Origin: an uncultured virus (IMG/VR IMGVR_UViG_3300025333_000001)
Taxonomy: Duplodnaviria; Heunggongvirae; Uroviricota; Caudoviricetes; Thumleimavirales; Hafunaviridae
Length of the DNA: 20,000 nucleotides
Virus record (IMG/VR): IMGVR_UViG_3300025333_000001
Direction: 5' to 3' (one strand)
The translations under genes were made by a program, and so were the position numbers. The notes under the pieces were generated by a model. That model saw only the letters and a list, made by a program, of their open reading frames with translations, made no database searches and had not been told where the DNA came from. Position 1 is the first letter of the stretch. The number at the start of each line of letters is the position of its first letter. Shown piece after piece: positions 1 through 7,597 of this stretch.

Positions 1-23
1 ATTGGCCGCTACCCCATGGGACT
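1..23 (-). tRNA. 5' part of a tRNA, probably tRNA-Gln (runs off the window edge)
   Basis: Minus strand reads AGTCCCA TG GGGT AGCGGCCAAT: acceptor 5' strand, D-stem and D-loop with GG. It closely resembles the start of haloarchaeal tRNA-Gln as I recall it. The anticodon lies outside the window. Confidence 0.75.
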
Positions 24-61
24 GCCGTGACGACGGCTCTCTCAGAGGTTGTGGTTATCTT

Positions 62-547
62 TTATTTATCATCTTGAGTCCGAATTGATTGAACGACTCC
101 GAAGCCACTCAATACCTCTGTTAATTCGTCGCTTGGCTCACCTATCACAAACATGTGACTTGCAAATGGGGCTGACGAATTTCCTTCGCCGAAAGACAAT
201 CTCTGATCAATGAAGCACACGAACGATGCGTGTTCATACAAATCGTGCCACCAATTCGTCGATGAGTCCCCCTTTACAAGGAAGATAATCAGTTCAACAT
301 CATCTTTCGAGGACTCCGAGATCCCCTTATTGACCCACTTGTCTGGTTCCGAGTAAGGTGGATTACAGTAGACCGTACCAAACCACGGATTCGCTAAACC
401 ATCATCTTCTATAGTGTATCGTTCATCTGCGATTGGGATTTTCTCAGCTCCTGAACAGGGATCAAGATCAACTCCGTTGGTTCCCTTGTTGATTCTCTTG
501 GCCACCCATCGAGGTGTCGCATATTCATTTGAGGAATTCTTAGCCAT
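62..547 (-). CDS. Phage-type DNA N6-adenine methyltransferase (Dam family)
   Basis: EYATP, DLDPC, TIEDDGL, W.G.VYCNPPYS and ST.WW motifs typical of phage Dam-family MTases; 161 aa. Confidence 0.9.
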   Translation of the reverse strand: MAKNSSNEYATPRWVAKRINKGTNGVDLDPCSGAEKIPIADERYTIEDDGLANPWFGTVYCNPPYSEPDKWVNKGISESSKDDVELIIFLVKGDSSTNWWHDLYEHASFVCFIDQRLSFGEGNSSAPFASHMFVIGEPSDELTEVLSGFGVVQSIRTQDDK

Positions 548-600
548 AATTGGTCCTTTGAGTCGTCTCGCTCGTTGTGATGCGGTGAGCTACCCCGCGA

Positions 601-673
601 AGATCAGGGCCGGATTCGAACCGGCGTCTGTACGGATCTGCAATCCGTTGCGTAACCACTCGGCCACCTGATC
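601..673 (-). tRNA. tRNA-Cys (GCA)
   Basis: Full cloverleaf: GATCAGG/CCTGATC acceptor, ACGGA-TTGCAGA-TCCGT anticodon arm, GCCGG-TTCGAAT-CCGGC T-arm. U73 discriminator; CCA not encoded. Confidence 0.95.
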
Positions 674-791
674 GAACGGAATGAAGCGGGAGTGCGGTCA
701 ATGGGATGTTTCATCACGGTCAACAACGAGTTTTCATGGTTGACTTACTCGGTAGTGTAATCATAATGTCGTTCATATTGTTCTAACATCT

Positions 792-1274
792 GTGAGTGTC
801 GTTATTCTTACGGCCCCTTACCTCCGTTGGCTACAGCCCGCTCTAACGGGGGCACACCGACGCGGAGTTCCGGTTAGCACTCGCTCTGATGGTATCGGGT
901 AATAGTTGTTTTACGTCCCACGGAGGGGGTTGACCACCCCACTATCCGATCAAGGGTAATTCACTCGTGAGACGAATGGTTCCAGTGGGATTTGAACCCA
1001 CGTTGCATGTCAGAGTAGGTTGCTCCTACCCGTGCTACGGAAGCGTGTTGTCCGTGCTACACTATGGAACCGAAAACGGACGGGCGAACAACCCGTCCAC
1101 GTCCTACCGGAACGGCGGGACACAACCTATTTGCCAACGAGGGGTAAGCGGCCCTCACCCTACACCATGCGCCCATGAGGTTTAACTCTGCATGGTAGAA
1201 ACGAAGGGAGTGTAGGGAGAGAACCGACAAGTACTCGGAGGAGGTCGCCACCCTGTCTCGGGTCACGTCCTCAC
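792..1274 (-). ncRNA. Candidate large structured ncRNA enclosing a tRNA-like domain
   Basis: No credible ORF. Nested long-range helices 1153-1133/831-812 and 1125-1115/921-911 (plus 1131-1127/905-901), helix 1217-1210/1165-1158, several local hairpins, and a TATA-like element at 1296-1303. Confidence 0.55.
977..1071 (-). tRNA. Atypical tRNA-like element (95 nt) with intact acceptor, D and T arms but no canonical anticodon arm
   Basis: GGTTCCA/TGGAACC+A acceptor, GTGT/ACAC D-stem, GTGGG-TTCAAAT-CCCAC T-arm. The middle holds a GGGTAGG-AGCAA-CCTACTC hairpin instead of a 5-bp/7-nt anticodon arm. Confidence 0.75.
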
Positions 1275-1292
1275 TAAACTATTTCTCGCCTA

Positions 1293-1310
1293 ATGACTTA
1301 AGTCTTGCGA
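1293..1310 (-). promoter_or_regulatory. Putative BRE/TATA promoter for the RNA cluster
   Basis: Minus strand GCAAGA CTTAAGTC, ending ~22 nt upstream of the predicted RNA 5' end at 1274. Confidence 0.5.
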
Positions 1311-1404
1311 GTATATTCTTTCGGGCAAATCAACACATTTGGTAAGCAAAAAAATCCTATTTGCACAGTAGGGACCGCCTACCCGGTCATTATCGCCGTT
1401 TAGC

Positions 1405-1422
1405 GCCAAAACGATTAAGTCG
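1405..1422 (+). promoter_or_regulatory. Putative BRE/TATA promoter for the 1452 gene
   Basis: CAAAACG ATTAAGTCG about 30 nt upstream of the ATG; 13/14 identical to 2561-2574. Confidence 0.5.
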
Positions 1423-1451
1423 GTAGGGAATGATCTTATAGATGAACAATC

Positions 1452-2009
1452 ATGAGTGAGTCCCCATCATCTGCGCACTCCAACGGCGAGCGAACGGTCA
1501 AATGCCCAGTCGAAGGGTGTGATCACACTGGCCCGTCACGCGGGCTACACCTTCATGTCCTGCGCAAATCGGGCGGTGGTCACGGTGAACAAAACGATGT
1601 TCCCCCGGACCTTAACCTTGTCAACGCCGAAACCGTAGGCCGACAGGAGATAACGGTTGACTACCCCGAAACGCGAAAAACCGAGAACGTCGCCCGGCAG
1701 TGTCCGTACTGTGGACAGGTCTACCGCGGCAAGCAAGGACTGGCCATTCACTTCGGGCAGGTCGTCGGACGAAAGAACCATCCGTCTGACCGCGCTGAGT
1801 TCCCCGCAGCGTCCGACTGTGCTATTGTTCACGTTGATGATGACCAGAACATCATCGAAGTACTCGAAGCCGATCAGAGCAACGTCATGCCGTCTACACG
1901 GCTTCGGCGACAAGACTCCGACCGAGTGGAGCAACTGTTGTCGGAAATCGAGGACGCCGCCGGCGGAGAAACAGCAGATAAAGTTCGGAACCTAATGCTC
2001 GCCGATTAA
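1452..2009 (+). CDS. Protein with two C2H2-like zinc fingers
   Basis: CPVEGC..GLHLH..H and CPYC..GLAIH..H; acidic 185 aa. Confidence 0.75.
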   Translation: MSESPSSAHSNGERTVKCPVEGCDHTGPSRGLHLHVLRKSGGGHGEQNDVPPDLNLVNAETVGRQEITVDYPETRKTENVARQCPYCGQVYRGKQGLAIHFGQVVGRKNHPSDRAEFPAASDCAIVHVDDDQNIIEVLEADQSNVMPSTRLRRQDSDRVEQLLSEIEDAAGGETADKVRNLMLAD

Positions 2010-2554
2010 GCTGCGAGGTCTTCCGACCACTCTTCGCGGAAGAACTCGGCTGTGTATTTTGGGTTTTTTCCTTGCCGCGTTTCGTCTCGGATTTCATCTA
2101 ACGCTTTGATGATCTCGTAGAACCCCTGCTTGGTGAGGTGTTTTCGCTGTTCCATACTCGGGATGATAAACGAGAGCATGATCTGGGCGTTCTCGAATTG
2201 TGTCACGAGGTATGGCATCAGCGGTTCGAGAAACCGTGTAACCGAATTAGGCTGCTTGATGACAAACTCGAACGACTCGGTTCCGTTACGGGTGACCTCA
2301 TTCAGCGAGAACTGGACGCCATGCTCACTGCAATACTCGTCTATCTTGCCGAAAATGTAGGAATCCTCGGCAGGTCTGGTGATTCGAACCATCGGTTCAA
2401 ACCGATACCCGATTGTTGCGTCTCCTTTTACGATGTGACCGCTGATTGTTCCGGCAGCATCGAAGAATCCAGCAATGTGGGCTGTGTCTGGTTTGTCCAT
2501 ATCTACTTGTTCTACCCGCTGGGTTGATAACGGTTGTGATTGGTTTTCAGTCAT
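2006..2554 (-). CDS. Single-motif LAGLIDADG homing-endonuclease-fold protein, probably catalytically inactive
   Basis: HIAGFFDAAGTI motif, FLEPLMPYLV and the C-terminal KHLTKQGF..I signature. The catalytic acidic position is Ala. Confidence 0.85.
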   Translation of the reverse strand: MTENQSQPLSTQRVEQVDMDKPDTAHIAGFFDAAGTISGHIVKGDATIGYRFEPMVRITRPAEDSYIFGKIDEYCSEHGVQFSLNEVTRNGTESFEFVIKQPNSVTRFLEPLMPYLVTQFENAQIMLSFIIPSMEQRKHLTKQGFYEIIKALDEIRDETRQGKNPKYTAEFFREEWSEDLAA

Positions 2555-2679
2555 GATTGCAAACGTTTAAGTCGCTCCGCGATAATTGTTTAGTGAGAGC
2601 AAGCCAGCCACGGCGAGCTACTGCTATTCCATTCGTTGGGGTGTTGAGGGTTGGTACTCCGAGTATCAACTCTCCGCGC

Positions 2680-2735
2680 TTCAACTGGGTTTCAACTGGG
2701 TTTCAACTGTGGGGTTCAACCACTGGGGTTCAACC
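2680..2735. repeat. Degenerate tandem repeat TTCAACTGGGT (5 units, 11-14 nt)
   Basis: Units start at 2680, 2691, 2702, 2715 and 2729. Confidence 0.85.
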
Positions 2736-2979
2736 TCACAGTAAGTACAGTACTACAGCACTAACCGTTAGAGCAACCTCATCGAGTTACAACACCGAGT
2801 TGTTACACCACGGTTTAGACTGCGGTGTTAAACAATGGGTTTATACCTCTGTAGCAACTAAGCTGTGTTGTAGCGGTGCGTTGCTGTGTGGTGCTGTGTG
2901 GTGCTGTACTGTTGTGTTATTGTAGTAGCCCCGTCCTCGAATTACAACACGAGTTGTTACAACACTGGGTTGATACCTT

Positions 2980-3076
2980 CAGTAGTAACCCTACAGTAGT
3001 AACCCTACAGTAGTAACCCTACAGTAGTAACCCTACAGTAGTAACCCTACAGTAGTAACCCTACAGTAGTAACCCT
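2980..3076. repeat. Perfect 14-bp tandem repeat CAGTAGTAACCCTA, ~6.9 copies
   Basis: Units at 2980, 2994, 3008, 3022, 3036, 3050 and 3064 (last 13/14). Confidence 0.97.
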
Positions 3077-3146
3077 TAAGGTAATCCCCCTTCTGTATGT
3101 TTCCCCCTTTGTAGCAAACCGTGGGTGGCTGCCCTCGTGTTTCCCG

Positions 3147-3632
3147 ATGGAACGAGTCAACGAAAAGCAGCCGCCAGAGGTTGTCACGTCTGATACTGAC
3201 AACGCCACGGCTATCCACCCGAAAGACGCACCGAGTCACAAACAAGCGCAGTACAAGCGGTTCCGAGCGTACAACACTGGCCTGTGGAACGGCCCCCGAC
3301 GTGAAAACAAAGAAGCGATGTACCGACAGGACAACCTGCATCGGTACGATGCCATTGCTTCACAGGTCGGCATTACTGACTACCAGAAAAGCCGAGGTCG
3401 GGAAATTCTCGATGGTATCGACATCCGAGATACTGGCAAGCCACTCGACCACCTCGCGTTTGCCGTCTGTGTGATCGTGGCCAACGCCGACTGTCAAGGC
3501 AAGCGGTACTGGCCACATCCAGATAAAACTGACAACGACGAGGAGTTCGCTGCCATGGGTCACGATCTCGGCATGGATTCAACTGACCAAATAAGTGTTA
3601 TCATGTCAGTGAAAAACCGCACGGAGTTATAG
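3147..3632 (+). CDS. Hypothetical protein, possible cyclin/TFIIB-like helical fold
   Basis: The DAIASQVGITDYQKSRGREILDGID...LAFAVCVIVAN pattern resembles a cyclin-box repeat (recalled, not searched). Coupled to the next gene. Confidence 0.55.
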   Translation: MERVNEKQPPEVVTSDTDNATAIHPKDAPSHKQAQYKRFRAYNTGLWNGPRRENKEAMYRQDNLHRYDAIASQVGITDYQKSRGREILDGIDIRDTGKPLDHLAFAVCVIVANADCQGKRYWPHPDKTDNDEEFAAMGHDLGMDSTDQISVIMSVKNRTEL

Positions 3633-3633
3633 C

Positions 3634-4125
3634 ATGGCAGTATTTACCATTCTCGTTGACCGACGAGAACAGAAGCCATGGCTGTTCGAGAACTACCCGG
3701 TCGATACCAAAGAAGTAACGCTCGAAACCGGCGACTACACCATTGCGGAACTCTGTGAGTACAACGACGAATACGACACCTGTGTTCCCTCACTGGCCGT
3801 CGAACGGAAGTCCGGCCCCGATCTTCTACAGTCGATTACTCACGAACACGCTCGATTCCGCCGCGAGATTGTTCGTGCAGAGGATTGGGACGAACCGCTG
3901 CAAATCTACGTCGAAGAGCCATGGGGGACGTTCATGAACAACCGCGGGTTCATGGACTACCGCGATGTCAGCCCGGCACAAGTCAATGGCATTGTCACGA
4001 CCATGGGAAGGAAATACAACGCCGACTTCAACTTTTACTCGGATCGTCAACGAGCCGAGCAAGCGGCGTTCGATAAGCTGATGACGTGGTATCGTGCAGA
4101 GCAGTACTCGCCAGCCTCACCGTGA
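3634..4125 (+). CDS. ERCC4/XPF-domain structure-specific nuclease
   Basis: VDRREQ, LETGDY and VERKS..DL..SI motifs. Confidence 0.9.
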   Translation: MAVFTILVDRREQKPWLFENYPVDTKEVTLETGDYTIAELCEYNDEYDTCVPSLAVERKSGPDLLQSITHEHARFRREIVRAEDWDEPLQIYVEEPWGTFMNNRGFMDYRDVSPAQVNGIVTTMGRKYNADFNFYSDRQRAEQAAFDKLMTWYRAEQYSPASP

Positions 4126-4229
4126 CCGGGCTAGCAGGGCGGCTGCTGTCGTCTTTGCACTGGATATGACCAATGACACTCGGTTGGACCAAACGCGCTG
4201 AGAACGGCTGTCAGCGGCTCGTGTTTCAT

Positions 4230-4658
4230 TCACGATTGATACTCGCCATACAACTCCGACATGTGTTCGGCTAAGGAATCAGAATCTGCCGGATCGATTG
4301 TTTGACCGGTTGCACTGTCGTTGTGGCGCACCAGATCGAGACACTGCGGGCAGACCTCGTTGCGTCCGACCGTTAGCTCGTTGCCACAGACCTCGTGGTG
4401 GATGCACTGTTTCGTCTCGCCCTGTTCGGCGGCCTCCTCGAATTGCGACTCGTCGTATTCATACGCCTTGTCCATCCAATACGAGATTTGACTCGGGGAC
4501 GCCCCGAGAACGTGGGCAATTTCATACTGGTATTCATGCCGTTTGTCCAACTTCAACATCAGCTTGGGATCTTCCCACGGCTCATTCTTTTTGGCGAAGA
4601 ATGGGTTGGGACTGGGGCCGAGTTCGGCTTCGAGATCGCGTTCTGATTTGGTTGCCAT
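4230..4658 (-). CDS. Hypothetical protein with HTH-like segment and Zn-binding motif
   Basis: QYEIAHVLGASPSQISYWM; CIHHEVC..CPQC; acidic. Confidence 0.7.
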   Translation of the reverse strand: MATKSERDLEAELGPSPNPFFAKKNEPWEDPKLMLKLDKRHEYQYEIAHVLGASPSQISYWMDKAYEYDESQFEEAAEQGETKQCIHHEVCGNELTVGRNEVCPQCLDLVRHNDSATGQTIDPADSDSLAEHMSELYGEYQS

Positions 4659-4661
4659 GGT

Positions 4662-4976
4662 TTACTGGTCAAGATCGCCATGTTCGATGAGCGAGTCAAG
4701 CGCATCTGCGAACTCTTGGATCTGCTCGCGAGGCAAATCGTCTTCCGGATCTACTTCCCATTGCTCCGTTGTGGTCCATTGATTCCGGCCTTTCCGCCGC
4801 CCGGTTTTCTTTTGGATGCGAACGAGGTACGTTCCATAGACTGAGACGCGCCACCCGGCGACACCGTGTTTTCGGAACAGATCACCATCTTCGCCGCTGT
4901 ACGGGAAGAAACTGCGGGCTTGGAGTTCATCCATCACACACCCGTCATCGAAGTCAGCGTCACTGAATCCAGTCAT
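4662..4976 (-). CDS. Hypothetical protein (104 aa, MTGFSDADF...)
   Basis: Start reassigned to the ATG at 4976, which overlaps (ATGA) the stop of the upstream small ORF. Confidence 0.7.
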   Translation of the reverse strand: MTGFSDADFDDGCVMDELQARSFFPYSGEDGDLFRKHGVAGWRVSVYGTYLVRIQKKTGRRKGRNQWTTTEQWEVDPEDDLPREQIQEFADALDSLIEHGDLDQ

Positions 4977-5077
4977 TCGTCGCCATCCTCGCGGTTTTGC
5001 CGTTTGTACCGTCGCGCTCGCTCTTCCTCGGTTCGCCGTCTCGTTCCGCCGTACCAACTGATTTGTTCGTATTTCAT
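4973..5077 (-). CDS. Small 34-aa Arg-rich protein MKYEQISWYGGTRRRTEEERARRYKRQNREDGDE
   Basis: Below the ORF-track cutoff. The ATG sits directly behind a mini-tRNA/hairpin leader like the other genes, and it has an ATGA overlap with the next gene. Confidence 0.6.
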   Translation of the reverse strand: MKYEQISWYGGTRRRTEEERARRYKRQNREDGDE

Positions 5078-5150
5078 AGCTTCAGTCCCACACGATGTGG
5101 GAAAGCTGCCGAGGGGGCGTGACCCCCGTGGAGTCTTACTCTTCGGCAGT
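5078..5150 (-). ncRNA. Module 1: mini-tRNA (5150-5105) plus leader hairpin
   Basis: ACTGCCG AA GAGT-AAG-ACTC CA CGGGG GTCACGC CCCCT CGGCAGC, then TCCCACA-TCG-TGTGGGA, then ATG. Confidence 0.65.
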
Positions 5151-5224
5151 TACCGCACTGTCAACACGCTCGGCGACACGGCAGTCAGCCCCGGTCGTTG
5201 TACATTCCAACCACATCACATTCA

Positions 5225-5836
5225 ATGACACGAAAACTCCATCAGCAAGATGTCTGCGAGGTCACGGATAACGACCTGCAGACCGAGATCACTCGTCACC
5301 TCACTGGTGATGTCCTCGCGCTTGCAGTTGAGGACAGTCGCCTACAGTCTCTCGTCCCGATCGCCGGGCAAACCACGCTGTTCGGTGGCCACCTCGACTT
5401 CGGAGAAACCTCGGACCTGTACGCTGCACCGTTGTATGACCCGAACAATGAACAAGCGGCGTACTTCCCGCGGAACAAGAACGAACGCTTCCACTACGGC
5501 ACAAACTCGTACGATACCATCGTGACGCTGTTCCCGAAATGCGGGTACTTCCAACGCCCACCGCCGTTCATGGACATGACTCGAATCGTCCGTCCCGGTG
5601 GAACGCTCGTTGCGGTGACTGGCTTACAGCCAGAATCACCGGATGACCATGACGCGAAATGGTGGGTGCCTGCCAGCGATGACGTTGACTTGGATACCAT
5701 TCGCATCCTTCGGTCGAGTGGGTTCAAAACCCCGATTCTCGTGAACGTCTTCACCGTCACGACAAGTACGGAACGGCATCCTGAAGCAGCAGTCGTCACG
5801 GGGCCTGCAGACCGCCGAGAGGAGGTTCAAGCATGA
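5225..5836 (+). CDS. Class I SAM-dependent methyltransferase-like protein
   Basis: YGTNSYDTIV and MTRIVRPGGTLVAV motifs; the Gly-rich motif I is not obvious. ATG at 5225. Confidence 0.6.
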   Translation: MTRKLHQQDVCEVTDNDLQTEITRHLTGDVLALAVEDSRLQSLVPIAGQTTLFGGHLDFGETSDLYAAPLYDPNNEQAAYFPRNKNERFHYGTNSYDTIVTLFPKCGYFQRPPPFMDMTRIVRPGGTLVAVTGLQPESPDDHDAKWWVPASDDVDLDTIRILRSSGFKTPILVNVFTVTTSTERHPEAAVVTGPADRREEVQA

Positions 5837-6948
5837 AGCTAACCGATTACACTGACAACGCTGAAACGGACAGTCAGGACCGTCCTGTTGACGCGTTCGA
5901 TAGCGAAGCGCTGCACGAAGAAGAACACGAACAGAACGACAATTGGGAATGGAGCGCGGAATTTACGGAGTTCATCCACGACGAGATCGAAGGGCGGTCG
6001 TTGAAGGTCTGTCCGGGACTCCGTCCGATCTGCGACGTGAATCTGGACATCAAACATCTCGGTGACATCGCTGACTCCGACAACGCAGCTTTCAACGTCG
6101 AACCCATCACGAGTAGTTCTGACCGGCTGCAAGACCTTCGTGGAACGGTTAGTGATGATGCCGGGGAAGACATCATCTACGGTCGCATCACCGGTGAGAA
6201 CGGCGACACGGACGGCCTGTACGACGGGTACGCGTGCTACGGCGACATGTTCGAACTACCGTTCGATGACAACTCGTTCGACACGGTCGTCGGGGACCCG
6301 CCGTGGTTGAACCTCACAACAGAGGAACGTCGAGTGCTCTTCGAGGAAATCGTTCGCGTCACTGCCCCGACAGGGAAAATCATGTACAACGCCACGTGGA
6401 TACCGGAGGATGAACACGCTCGACAGTTCCAACTCCGATTCCGGCAACAACTGGACTATTGGGGCGGACCGAGCTTCGCAGCGTTCTACCGCCGTTCCGC
6501 TCGTGACATCCCCGAACTGTTCGATGCACATGATTACGAATCCGTAGAGCGATACCCGGAGGAATCCGCGTTCTGGTCAGAGGCGTTGAGTACTGAGCAT
6601 AACACTGACCCGAAGAAAGTCAGTGGTGACTCTGACTATCACCAGTACTGTTGCCCGATGTGCGGGTGCGCGCAACTCGGGCACCTTCGCGGCGAGTTCT
6701 TCGAAACCAGTGACGGTGAGTACAACACGTATCAGTGTCATAACTGCGAATTCCGTGTTGATTCTGCGGAAGTTAATCGTCTCGCTGAGGCACTGGAAAC
6801 CGCAACTGCTGAACAGAACGTCTCCGTACAGGAACTCACCGATATTGAGTACACGCCTTCCTGCGTTGAACAACAGTTAGAACAACTCGGTCCAAATGAC
6901 TCGTTGGATGATGCTCCGTTCTCTGCGGACCTTCCGTGGGTACCGTGA
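5833..6948 (+). CDS. Amino-methyltransferase-like protein (DPPW) with C-terminal zinc ribbon
   Basis: GDMFELPFDDNSFDTVVGDPPW, EIVRVTAPTG and CPMC..CHNC; ATGA overlap with the upstream gene. Confidence 0.75.
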   Translation: MKLTDYTDNAETDSQDRPVDAFDSEALHEEEHEQNDNWEWSAEFTEFIHDEIEGRSLKVCPGLRPICDVNLDIKHLGDIADSDNAAFNVEPITSSSDRLQDLRGTVSDDAGEDIIYGRITGENGDTDGLYDGYACYGDMFELPFDDNSFDTVVGDPPWLNLTTEERRVLFEEIVRVTAPTGKIMYNATWIPEDEHARQFQLRFRQQLDYWGGPSFAAFYRRSARDIPELFDAHDYESVERYPEESAFWSEALSTEHNTDPKKVSGDSDYHQYCCPMCGCAQLGHLRGEFFETSDGEYNTYQCHNCEFRVDSAEVNRLAEALETATAEQNVSVQELTDIEYTPSCVEQQLEQLGPNDSLDDAPFSADLPWVP

Positions 6949-7066
6949 TACGAGCATGCAGTCGCATCTGAAACCCCGTCCCCGCATTGCAGTCCACCGT
7001 GCAGGCATAGGAGTATGATCACTCTCAGTCCTATCAGTGCTATTCCCGCGACGACCATCACGGTGA

Positions 7067-7267
7067 TTACCCTTCAGTCCATGTCTCAAACTCGTTACCG
7101 CATGTTTTACAACAATGCTGGTAAACCATTGAGTCGGAATATTTGGGAATTGCTTTGGTGCCATAAATCGCGTCTTCGCCACATTCACACGGCTGTCCTT
7201 TGTTGATGTGCAATCCACACCGGTCGATCTGATCGAGTGATTTCTTTTGTGCGTCAGTGAATGCCAT
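7067..7267 (-). CDS. Small zinc-finger protein (66 aa, MAFTDAQKK...)
   Basis: CECG..CKTCG; start reassigned to the ATG behind the leader hairpin. Confidence 0.7.
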   Translation of the reverse strand: MAFTDAQKKSLDQIDRCGLHINKGQPCECGEDAIYGTKAIPKYSDSMVYQHCCKTCGNEFETWTEG

Positions 7268-7337
7268 AACTACCCCACACGGTGTGGGAAAGCTGCCGTG
7301 GGGCCGTGAACCCCGTGGAGTCTTACTCTTCGGCAGC
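7268..7337 (-). ncRNA. Module 2: mini-tRNA (7337-7292) plus leader hairpin
   Basis: GCTGCCG AA GAGT-AAG-ACTC CA CGGGG TTCACGG CCCCA CGGCAGC (perfect 7-bp acceptor), then CCCACA-CCG-TGTGGG. Confidence 0.75.
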
Positions 7338-7595
7338 GGTCGCACTGTCAACGCGGTTGGCGACCCGCCTCAACATGGCCGCCTGATACTGCTCGTCGGT
7401 TGCTTCTTTCGGGTTTTCACGGTGATACCGTGCGAACCCCGTTGCCAACTCGCGGGCGTCCTCGGGTGACAACGCCCGTTTTTGCTCGCCGATCTGTACC
7501 CCCACTCGTTTACCATCTTCCGCGACCCATACCTTCATCTCATCGGGACCGCGCATCATGTTCCAGTCGGGGTCGTCAGCAAAGCCGAACGCCAC
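7323..7595 (-). CDS. Hypothetical protein (90 aa)
   Basis: Acidic ORF starting 2 nt after the stop of the DUF932-like gene. Confidence 0.7.
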   Translation of the reverse strand: MAFGFADDPDWNMMRGPDEMKVWVAEDGKRVGVQIGEQKRALSPEDARELATGFARYHRENPKEATDEQYQAAMLRRVANRVDSATAAEE

Positions 7596-7597
7596 GA

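Noticed and set aside
792..1274. RNase P RNA, SRP RNA or a self-splicing intron
   Set aside because: I could not find GAGGAAAGUCC/P4, the SRP helix-8 motif, or group I/II core motifs by eye. An Rfam scan is still needed.
2557..2925. 122-aa ORF across the repeat region
   Set aside because: TTG start, low-complexity repeat-derived sequence and almost no acidic residues.
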